Shown: piece by piece, positions 44,902 to 54,100 of the stretch
Layout: the number at the start of each line of letters is the position of its first letter
How positions within the stretch are numbered: position 1 is the first letter of the stretch
Source of the DNA: Bacteroidota bacterium
GTDB taxonomy: Bacteria > Bacteroidota > Bacteroidia > Chitinophagales > UBA10324
DNA length: 64,000 nucleotides
Reading direction: 5' to 3'
Assembly: GCA_014190575.1 (NCBI GenBank)
Contig: BJGQ01000001.1
Coordinates: forward strand, 123,664-187,663
The notes under the pieces: generated by a model
Database searches by the model: none
What the model was told of the DNA's origin: nothing
The model's input: only the letters and a program-made list of their open reading frames with translations
Position numbers and translations under genes: made by a program

Positions 44902-45502
44902 GCAAGTGCGTCAGATCGTTGAATGCAGTGAGTTTAAATTCTGTTCCATCAAACTGAACACGATAAAGTGATAAGTTGTAATGCGGAAATTCATCCATCT
45001 CACATAATGATTTATTTAACAATGTGCAAAGCAATATGCGCATGGCTCTGCCATGCATACACACTAATATTTTTTTTTGAGGTCGTGATTGCAATACTTT
45101 AATAAATCGATTATGTTTTTCCTGCAACTCTAATGGACTTTCGCCATTGGAAGTTTTAACATAAAGATTTCCTGATTTCCATTCACCTATTATTCTTTTA
45201 AACTCGCTGTGGAAATAATTATCAACTTCTCTTCCTTCAAAATCTCCCCAACCTATTTCATCCAGTTCCGAAAATTTTTCATGCGGAATTTTTAAATCAA
45301 TAAATGACTGGACCGATTCAATTGCACGCTGCAAAGTTGAAGTGTAAACAATTTCAAATGGTTCGTTTTGATATTTTTGAAAGAAAGAATCAGCTTGTGA
45401 CCTTCCTTTTTCATTTAATGAAGGGTTAACCCCACGCCCCTGAACAATTCCCTTTTTATTATAATCAGTTTCGCCGTGGCGTATTAAAAATATTTCTTTC
45501 AA
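44888..45502 (-). CDS. histidine phosphatase family protein (phosphoglycerate-mutase-like)
   Basis: 204 aa. 'IFLIRHGETDYNKKGIVQG' is the RHG catalytic motif and 'CMHGRAMR' carries the second His. The start is a TTG at 45502, with no in-frame ATG upstream of the RHG motif. The 3' end overlaps the mqnA start by 14 nt. Confidence 0.85.
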   Translation of the reverse strand: MKEIFLIRHGETDYNKKGIVQGRGVNPSLNEKGRSQADSFFQKYQNEPFEIVYTSTLQRAIESVQSFIDLKIPHEKFSELDEIGWGDFEGREVDNYFHSEFKRIIGEWKSGNLYVKTSNGESPLELQEKHNRFIKVLQSRPQKKILVCMHGRAMRILLCTLLNKSLCEMDEFPHYNLSLYRVQFDGTEFKLTAFNDLTHLHVEV

Positions 45503-45529
45503 TTGGTGTGTATTCTTACTTATAACAAA

Positions 45530-46726
45530 TTAATTCAGATATGCTTTTTCATTTTTTTCCTTTTCAAAAGGATTTAAAATAAAATCACGAATAGGTTTAT
45601 ATAAAGTGTCTCTTTCTATTGGTCTGCGATTTACGGCCAAAATTAAATCAACCAATTCTCTAGTATTCATGGTTGGATTTTGCTCCTCTGCTCCTGCCAT
45701 TGCGTAAATTTTTGTTGTATCATCAATGGTTCCGTCAATATCATCAACACCAAAATTTAAGAGCAACTGCGCATTAGCTCTACCAATCATTGGCCAGTAT
45801 GCCTTTATGTGATTGAAGTTATCGAGAAAAACTCTTGACATCGCATAACATTTCATGTCTTCTACAATCGTAGATTCAGGAACATCGCTCATGTCATTAT
45901 CACCGTTACGGAATTTGAGAGGGATGAAAGTATTGAAGCCTTTTGTTCTGTCTTGCAATTCTCTTAATCGATTCATGTGATTTATGCGATTTGAATAATT
46001 TTCAATGTGACCATAAAGCATGGTTGCGTTAGAAGGGATTCCAAGTTTGTGTGCCGTTTCATGAATCGTCAGCCACTCTTCAGATGATGCTTTATCGTTG
46101 CAGATTTTACTTCTAATTTCTTCATCAAAAATTTCAGCGCCACCACCGGGCATCGAATTCATTCCGGCATCTTTCAGTTTCTGCAATCCTTCTGTTACAC
46201 TCACTTTCGCTTTACGGAACATGTATTCCAACTCTACAGCAGTAAAAGCTTTCACATGCAAATCAGGTCGGTGTTTTTTTATTTCACGAATCAGGTTGCA
46301 GAAAAAATCGAGATTCATTTTCGGATGCACACCACCAACGATGTGAACTTCGGTTACAGGTTCGCCATCGTACTTTCGAACAATGTCCATCATTTGTTCA
46401 TGTGATAATTCCCATGATTCATTCTCCTGTTGAATCAATCGGGAATACGAGCAAAAGTTACATGCGAAAACACATTTATTAGTTGGCTCAATGTGAAAAT
46501 TGCGATTGAAGAAAACAGCATCAGAGTTTTTCTTTTTACGAACATAATTGGCGAGTGAACCGAGGAATCCTAAACTTCCATTCTCATATAAATACAAGCC
46601 TTCTTCAGAAGAAATTCTTTCTGATGCAATCACCTTCTCTCCTATTCTTTTCAATTCATTGCTCAGTGTTTCGTCATTCAAAATAAACTGAACAGAATCT
46701 TTATTGCCTATTAATTCATTTGTCAT
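45530..46726 (-). CDS. radical SAM menaquinone-biosynthesis enzyme, MqnE/MqnC (CofH-like) family
   Basis: 398 aa. The cluster-binding motif lies in 'PTNKCVFACNFCSY' (CxxxCxxC). The C-terminal half resembles CofH/MqnE/MqnC. 'NFHIEPTN' leans toward MqnE, but I cannot discriminate the two by eye. Confidence 0.8.
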   Translation of the reverse strand: MTNELIGNKDSVQFILNDETLSNELKRIGEKVIASERISSEEGLYLYENGSLGFLGSLANYVRKKKNSDAVFFNRNFHIEPTNKCVFACNFCSYSRLIQQENESWELSHEQMMDIVRKYDGEPVTEVHIVGGVHPKMNLDFFCNLIREIKKHRPDLHVKAFTAVELEYMFRKAKVSVTEGLQKLKDAGMNSMPGGGAEIFDEEIRSKICNDKASSEEWLTIHETAHKLGIPSNATMLYGHIENYSNRINHMNRLRELQDRTKGFNTFIPLKFRNGDNDMSDVPESTIVEDMKCYAMSRVFLDNFNHIKAYWPMIGRANAQLLLNFGVDDIDGTIDDTTKIYAMAGAEEQNPTMNTRELVDLILAVNRRPIERDTLYKPIRDFILNPFEKEKNEKAYLN

Positions 46727-46750
46727 AACAGTTGAAACAAAAATGTTTGA

Positions 46751-48337
46751 TTACAGTTCGTGTTGAACAATAACTTTTTTTACAACCTTTTCTCCGTTCA
46801 CATTTAATTCAATGAAATAAAGTGCTGATGGGAAATTGCTTAAATCAATCTGGAACTTTGATACTGAAAGTGCTTCCATATTCACCTGCTCCATTTGACC
46901 AAGTACATTGTAAACAGATACTTTTCCATTCAAATCTACAATCTCACCGAAATCAAGTATGATTAAACTACCTGTAGGGTTTGGATAAATTTTTACCGCA
47001 TCAGTTATTGGAGGAAATTGCAAACTCACAATGTAACTTCTGGTTTTAAAATCATTAGTGGTGTCTTCATCCTGATTTCCGTTTGGATTTTTTGTCCATG
47101 CACAAAATAAATTATACCATGAACTGTCAATTATTTTCGGAAGTGTTATATCAACACTTTCGTTTGGTGCGAGTGAACCTGTCCAATGAAAAGTATTGAG
47201 ATGACTCTTCCAGTTTTTCGCATAAAATATTTCTGCAGAAGTAATAGTTTGAGAACCGAAATTATGAATAGTAACAACCGGAACTAAGCTATCACCATAA
47301 ATGAATTCATCCGGATTTAAAATTTTTATAATACCAATATCATTATTATAAGCAGAAACCGAATTGCAACCATTTGAAGTTAAAATACTTGAGCGATATG
47401 CAGTTAAATTCAAAGTAGCTAACATTCTTTCTCTTTGACCAAATGTGAAAATATTCATACAACTATCATTTGTATAATCCATGTAATTCTCAAACATATC
47501 ACTTGTATTATTACAACTCGGAAACGGAAAAACTTCGCAGTGGTAATGTTCTTCTGCCTGAACTGGAGTGTCATCTACATTATCATCGGGGCTACACCCT
47601 GGTGAATCGCCCCAAATATGAACAAGGTTTAACCAATGCCCAATTTCATGAGTAGCAGTTCGACCTTCGTAGTATTTTTTTGAAAAACAATTTATTCGAC
47701 CGAAAGCTTTGTAATGAATAACAACTCCATCGTTTGAATCTATGTTTACAGGAAATGTTGCATACCCAAGCATAGGATATTCAAGAGGACAAACCCAAAT
47801 ATTCAAATATGAGGAATTTGGCCAAGCATCATCTCCTCCTGTTGCGGTTTGTTTAGGTGAAGAAAAATCTTGAAACAAAGTGGTTGTTGAAATTCTTCTG
47901 ATGCCATTTGTTGTGTTTCCATTTGGGTCGCGTGTAGCAAGACAAAACTCAATTTCACAATCAGCCCCAATACTATCAAATAGTGATGGTGTTTTAAATT
48001 TATCTGCATTAAATCTTCTGTAATCTTCATTGAGTGCATCAATCTGCGAAGTGATTTGCCAGTCACTCAACTGATGATTTACGCTATCAGGATTATAAAG
48101 TAAATGAACAACTACAGGAATGATAATAGGTATTTTTCTCGAATGATTTATAGTAAGCGACTTAATATAATTCTGAAAATAAATTTCTGATTGCTCCATC
48201 ATCTCTGCAAATCCAGGAACAGTTGCTTTCAGATATTGCTCGTATTCATAAGAGTTGCATCGTTGTTCTTCCTGAGCAAATAATTTTTGCCCGAAAAGAA
48301 TTCCAAATACTAAAACAAAAATTATTTTTTTATTCAT
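46751..48337 (-). CDS. M43-family zinc metallopeptidase with T9SS type-A CTD (tandem paralog 2)
   Basis: The zinc site is 'THEIGHWLNLVHIWGD' (HExxHxxxxxH). The signal peptide is 'MNKKIIFVLVFGILFGQKLFAQ', from the ATG at 48337; the track start at 48409 is an extension overlapping the upstream gene. The C-terminus 'VKIYPNPTGSLIILDF...ALYFIELNVNGEKVVKKVIVQ' resembles a type A sorting domain. Confidence 0.85.
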   Translation of the reverse strand: MNKKIIFVLVFGILFGQKLFAQEEQRCNSYEYEQYLKATVPGFAEMMEQSEIYFQNYIKSLTINHSRKIPIIIPVVVHLLYNPDSVNHQLSDWQITSQIDALNEDYRRFNADKFKTPSLFDSIGADCEIEFCLATRDPNGNTTNGIRRISTTTLFQDFSSPKQTATGGDDAWPNSSYLNIWVCPLEYPMLGYATFPVNIDSNDGVVIHYKAFGRINCFSKKYYEGRTATHEIGHWLNLVHIWGDSPGCSPDDNVDDTPVQAEEHYHCEVFPFPSCNNTSDMFENYMDYTNDSCMNIFTFGQRERMLATLNLTAYRSSILTSNGCNSVSAYNNDIGIIKILNPDEFIYGDSLVPVVTIHNFGSQTITSAEIFYAKNWKSHLNTFHWTGSLAPNESVDITLPKIIDSSWYNLFCAWTKNPNGNQDEDTTNDFKTRSYIVSLQFPPITDAVKIYPNPTGSLIILDFGEIVDLNGKVSVYNVLGQMEQVNMEALSVSKFQIDLSNFPSALYFIELNVNGEKVVKKVIVQHEL

Positions 48338-48374
48338 GATTGACGCGTTGCCAAATATACTTGCGACCACCCAA

Positions 48375-49967
48375 TTAAAAATCATGTTGAACCAATACTC
48401 TTTTAACAATGGAATTGTTGCTATCCGAAAAACGGATGTAATAAATCCCTGATGTATTCTGACTGAAATTAAAACGATATTTATTTTCCGCTACTTTATA
48501 TATTTCCATTTCAACTAACTGTCCAAGTGAATTATAGACTAAAATATTTTTTTCAGTAAATTCAATATTATTCATCTCAATTGTGAGAAATGAATTAGTC
48601 AGGAAAACAATTTCAGGATTGTTGTGATTCGAAATTTCCTGAATAGAATTAACAGAATCTGAAATAGAATAATAACTGTGCGTTTTAAAATCATTTGTGG
48701 TATCCGCATCTTGATTTCCATTTGGATTTTTCGTCCATGCACAAAAGATATTGTACCAATTACTATCGGCAATTGCAGGGAGAGTAACATCTAAACTTGC
48801 ATCGGGAGCAAGTGACCCACTCCAATTAAATACATTCAAATTACTCTTCCAGTTTTTTTCATAATTGATTTCACAGGAAGTAATTATTTGAGAACCAAAA
48901 TTGTGAAGCGTTACCACCGGAGTGATGCTACCTCCAGAAACAATGTAATCCGGATGAATAATTTTTGTAATGCCAATGTCAAAAGAAAAAGTACCAACTG
49001 CATTACATGCTGTTGAATTTAAAATTGAACTGCGAAATAAATTTATTGCGCTCACCATTCTTTGTTTTTGACCTGCTGTAAAAATATTCATGCAACTATC
49101 GCGGCTGTAATCCATGTAATTCATACTCATATCACCAGAGTTAACGCAACTCACAAATGGAAACGGAATACATTGATAATGTTCTGCATCCTGTAAAGGA
49201 GTATCGCCAACATTATCATCAGTACCACACCCTGATGCATCGCCCCAAATATGAATCAAGTTTAACCAGTGACCGGTTTCGTGAGTTATAGTTCTACCCA
49301 ATTTATATTTAGTTGAAAAAACATTTATTCTACCAAAAGCTTTGAAATGACAAACTACACCATCAGAAGCAGCATCAATACTCGCACTTGGGAAAGTTGA
49401 ATATCCCAATTCAGGATATACAAGTGGACAAACCCAGATGTTTAAATAATCAGTATATGGCCATGGATCATCACCACCATTTGCAGTTTGTTTTGGTGAA
49501 TTGAAATCTGTAAAAACAGTATAAGGTGTTGCAACTCTTCTAATACCTGTAGTTGCATTTCCATTCGGGTCGCGCTTAGCTAAACAAAAATTTATTTCGC
49601 AATCAGCAGCAATGGAATCAAAAAGAGATGGAGTTTTATATCTGTCGGCATTCATTAATCTGTAATCTTCATTTAGGGCATCAATTTGTGAAGTGATTTG
49701 CCAGTCACTTATTTTATGATTTTGGCTATCAACATTATATAATAAATGCACAACTACCGGAATGGTGATGATACTTCGTGAATTGATTTTATGAGTACTG
49801 ATGTAATGCTGCAAAAAAATTTCCGATTGCTCAAACATATTTTCATATGCAGGATTTTCCGCTTTCAGCTTTTGAATTTGTTCAAATGAACGACACCGGA
49901 TTTCTTCTTGAGCAAATAGTGGTTGACTGATGATAACTGAAAAACAAATTAGGAAAATTTTTTTCAT
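48375..49967 (-). CDS. M43-family zinc metallopeptidase with T9SS type-A CTD (tandem paralog 1)
   Basis: The zinc site is 'THETGHWLNLIHIWGD' and a signal peptide is present. It is collinear with and highly similar to the downstream paralog through the catalytic and middle domains. The C-terminus is 'GIYYIRFSDSNNSIVKRVLVQ'. Confidence 0.85.
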   Translation of the reverse strand: MKKIFLICFSVIISQPLFAQEEIRCRSFEQIQKLKAENPAYENMFEQSEIFLQHYISTHKINSRSIITIPVVVHLLYNVDSQNHKISDWQITSQIDALNEDYRLMNADRYKTPSLFDSIAADCEINFCLAKRDPNGNATTGIRRVATPYTVFTDFNSPKQTANGGDDPWPYTDYLNIWVCPLVYPELGYSTFPSASIDAASDGVVCHFKAFGRINVFSTKYKLGRTITHETGHWLNLIHIWGDASGCGTDDNVGDTPLQDAEHYQCIPFPFVSCVNSGDMSMNYMDYSRDSCMNIFTAGQKQRMVSAINLFRSSILNSTACNAVGTFSFDIGITKIIHPDYIVSGGSITPVVTLHNFGSQIITSCEINYEKNWKSNLNVFNWSGSLAPDASLDVTLPAIADSNWYNIFCAWTKNPNGNQDADTTNDFKTHSYYSISDSVNSIQEISNHNNPEIVFLTNSFLTIEMNNIEFTEKNILVYNSLGQLVEMEIYKVAENKYRFNFSQNTSGIYYIRFSDSNNSIVKRVLVQHDF

Positions 49968-50037
49968 TATTACTGTAACAGATTTTGCTCAAATATAGAT
50001 CGAACAACTTTCAGAAAGGAAAAGTCACTCAATGGTT

Positions 50038-51036
50038 CTAAAACCTCGGACAGAAAATTTTCTTCTTGTGCATACCTGGAATATTATTAGTGTACATAAC
50101 TGAAATTTCGGGCCCGCCGCGAGCATGACTCACCAAAGCCAAGCGACTGAAATTAATATCATACGAAATACCCATAGTAAATTTATTCAGGTCAATTTTT
50201 GTAACGAAAATAAATGCATCGTTCCAACGCATCATTGCGCCTATATAAACTCCATAATCGTTCAGGTAATTGTAATTCAAACTATATCGTTGTAGATACC
50301 CAATCACCAATTCGTTAAATGGTCCTTGTTTCTCAAATAACAATTTCGGATATGCGGTAAATTTATTTCCCATTCCAAGATTGGCTCCCACATTCACAAC
50401 CAATTTTCTGAATACTCTTGAGGACGGGTCATCATTAAAGGTTTGATTTGGCTTAAAAACATGATACATCGCCATGCCCGCTGTAAAATTATTTGACTTG
50501 TCAATGAGTTTATTGTATTCTGCTCCTAACGATAGATCGTAATAATCTGAAATACCAATTGGAAAAACTTCAGTGAATGTGCCGCCTTCATATTGCTCAT
50601 CCCATCTTAAATTATCGTAACTAATATTACTTAAACAATAAGCACCCATTAATCCAAAGCCTAAAAAGTCTTTGTTGTATTTACCAATGGCAACATTATA
50701 AGCTTCACTTAATCCAATGTATGAAGTATTAAATCTTGAATCTCCGGCTTTATCATTTATAAACATAAAACCGGTTCCAAAAACATCTTTCTTCTTTTTT
50801 CCTGCTACAAATGAAAGCTCAGCACTTCCAATTGCAGTTGTATAAGGCACAGTTATACTTGACCATTGGTTTCTATAATTACCGGCTAATCTATAATCAC
50901 CGGTAATGAAACCAGTTTTAGCCGGATTTACCTGTAATGGTGTTGCGTAAAATTGTGAGAAATGAATATCCTGAGCCGACGAAAAATTTATCAGAACAGA
51001 AAATAAAATCGTTGATATAAATTTAAATAGTTTCAT
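50038..51036 (-). CDS. T9SS membrane protein, PorP/SprF family (adaptor candidate for giant B)
   Basis: 332 aa. It carries 'AQDIHFSQFYATPLQVNPAKTGF...DYRLAGNYRNQW' and ends '...IFCPRF'. It lies 76 nt downstream of the 51113-56686 gene. Confidence 0.9.
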   Translation of the reverse strand: MKLFKFISTILFSVLINFSSAQDIHFSQFYATPLQVNPAKTGFITGDYRLAGNYRNQWSSITVPYTTAIGSAELSFVAGKKKKDVFGTGFMFINDKAGDSRFNTSYIGLSEAYNVAIGKYNKDFLGFGLMGAYCLSNISYDNLRWDEQYEGGTFTEVFPIGISDYYDLSLGAEYNKLIDKSNNFTAGMAMYHVFKPNQTFNDDPSSRVFRKLVVNVGANLGMGNKFTAYPKLLFEKQGPFNELVIGYLQRYSLNYNYLNDYGVYIGAMMRWNDAFIFVTKIDLNKFTMGISYDINFSRLALVSHARGGPEISVMYTNNIPGMHKKKIFCPRF

Positions 51037-51112
51037 TTTAAAATTTTCTGCAATAAAAAAAATTTAACATTCATCAAATTCAATTCCAGGTAACACACAT
51101 TAATAATCAATC

Positions 51113-54100
51113 TCATCTTACTAAAGTTACATTACCCTGCCGTTCAATAATAAATCCATCGCCACAAATCGCTTTCAAGTAAAAGACATACACAGCCGGG
51201 GGCAATTGCTTTCCTCCAAAGGTTCCATCCCAGCCAATGTTTTGATCAGCAGTTTCAAATACCAGTTCACCCCAACGATCATAAACTCTTAAAAAATTTA
51301 ATTCACGAATTCCTGATGAACGAACTTTGAACACATCGTTCTTTCCGTTTGCATTCGGAGAAAAAACATTCGGAATGTATAACACATCATCATTGCACAT
51401 TACTGTAATAATCATAGAGTCTTCAGCCTTGCATCCAAATTCATTAATTGCTGAAAGTGTATAAGTAGAATTTTGCAATGGAGTTGCAACCGGATCTTCA
51501 CAACCTGTACAACTCAAACCTTCAGGCGGACTCCAACTAAAAGTTCCCGATGCATCAGCATTAATATTGTAACTGTCACCTGAAACCAAGGTTACATCAG
51601 GGCCTGCGTAAGCAGAAGGTATCGGAACAATTGTTATAATCACCTGAAGTGTATCACTTGCCATGCACACATTATCAGTAATGATTACAGAATAAATAGT
51701 TGTGCTAAAAGTCGAAGCTAAAGTTGTTGATTCAGTTGGATTGCTTAATCCTGCTGATGGAGACCATGAATATGATGTTCCACCACTTGCGTATATCTCA
51801 ATCGTTTGCAATTGACAAACAGTAGTATCACCCCAAGCTAAAAATACAGGAGGCGGTAAAACTTTTATCTTAACTGAATCCTGCGCTGAACAATTGTTTG
51901 CATCTGTTACAGTAACCGTGTAAGTCATATCAACCAATGGAGTGCAAATTGGATTTGAAACCAAACTGTTATTTAAATAAGATGGTGGATTCCAATTGTA
52001 AGTAACACCTCCACTTGCATTTAGCTGTCCCGAAAAAGTTAAACAGATGGTATCATTCACTCCTGCATTTGCAAGTGGCAATGGATTTACTAATACAATA
52101 ACATTTGCAGTTCCGATACAGTTATTGCTATCAATGGTTGTTACTGTGTAAGTTGATGTTGATGTTGGATTTGCAATTGGATTTGGAATAACAGTATTAC
52201 TCAACCCAGCTGATGGCGACCACGAATAATTTAATCCACCAGATGCATTTAACTGTGTAGTATCACCAAAACAAATCGTAGTATTTGAACCACCACTAAC
52301 TGTTGGATTCGGCAGAACAATTATTCCAACAAATGCTGTTCCTGTACAACTATTTGCATCGGTTCCAGTAACTGTAAAAGTTGTATTGCTAAAAATTGTA
52401 GCTGTTGGATTTTGAATCAAATTATTATTTAAAACTGCAGATGGTTGCCATACATATTGATTTCCACCTCCTGCACTTAATTGTAATGCGACTCCTGAAC
52501 AAGTTGTATCTGATGAAAGCGATGATGCAGTAATTACAGGAGCATTATAAATTGAAACAGAAACACTGTCTTCATTAATGCAACCATTCGCATCAGTAAT
52601 TGTTACTGTGTATGTAATATTTAATAAAGGAGTTGAAATAGGATTGGAAATATTTGCATTGTTTAAATAGGTTGCCGGCAACCAGGAATAAGTAATTCCA
52701 TTAGCTGAAGAAAGTTGCGCACTCGCATTAGGGCAAATAGGGGTATTGGTCGACACATTCGGATTTGGCAGTGAAAGCACAATCACATCTATAGTTGATG
52801 TATCAGCGCATGAACCAATACCAGATGCAATGAGAGTAACGGTAAATAATCCAACGGCAGAAAAATTATGTGAAGGATTTGATAGTACAGAAGAGTTATT
52901 TCCTCCGCTCGCTAAATCACCAAAATTCCAATTCCAGTTAGTAATTGGTTGATTGGAATTGTAATTAAAATTGACAGGAGTATTAATGCATGGAGTTAAA
53001 TCATCAGCAGTAATTCCAATTGTAGGAGGAGGATAAACAAAAACTGTATCAGATAAAACTCCTGTACATCCATTTTGTGTGTTCACAAAAAGCGTAACAA
53101 TGTAAACTCCAATTGTATCATAATAATGTAATGGGTTTTGTAAAATACTTGTATCCAGAATTCCACTTGTTGAGTCACCAAAAGTCCAGAACCATGAAGT
53201 AATAGGAGAAATACCAAAAGTAGAATCAGTAAAGGTCACAGTTCCAGAATTACACAAGTATGGAATATCAGGATTCCAAAAAACATTTGGGCTCCCTGCA
53301 ACTATTGAATCAATCGGAAATGAATAAATACAACCTGCTCCATTATCCAATAAAAGTGAAGGATAAAATGTTCCGGGGCTTAGATACACATAACATATGC
53401 TATCGTTGGCGAATGGAACAACATTCCCATCGCCAAAATCCCATGTATATGAGGTAGTGGTATTTGAATTTGCCACAAAGCAAACATTCAAAGGATTGCA
53501 ACCACTGGTTGGAGTAACAGAAACTGTTGCAGTTGGGCCAGTTATAGAAATCAATGAATCTATTACTAGCGTATCATCACAACCGTACTGATTGTGAATT
53601 ATTAAAGTCACAGTATAAAAACCAGGTAAGCTATAGATATGAAATGGATTTTGCACATTGCTATTTGATCCGTCACCAAAAATCCAATCATAAGTTGTGT
53701 TGGCATCTACGCCTGTTGATGTGCTTGTGAAATTTACGGGCAGTGGAGGGCAACTTGAATAAGTACTGTCAGCAGTAAAATTTGCCTGAGGATCAGTTAC
53801 ATGAATGTATAGTGTGCGAATCATCGTATCGGCACAGCCTGCCGTATCATTTCCAATTAATGTAACTGTAAAATCACCAACACTTAAATAAGTATGACAT
53901 GGATTCAATTGTGTTGAAGTTGCGTTATCACCAAAATTCCATTGATAAGAAAGACTTCCGCCAAAAGATGAATTAAAAAAACAAGTTGATTCTCCTAAGC
54001 AAACAGTAGAATCAATGGCCACAAAAGAAACATTCGGTTGATACGGATTAACATATTGTGGAATCGTAAGCGTATCATAACATCCATGATTCTCCAATGC

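Noticed and set aside
48338-48409. Apparent 35-nt overlap between the two M43 genes, and similarly the 34436-34495 extension of the ompA-like ORF
   Set aside because: Both are artefacts of longest-ORF calling. Internal ATGs at 48337 and 34435 are followed immediately by canonical signal peptides.
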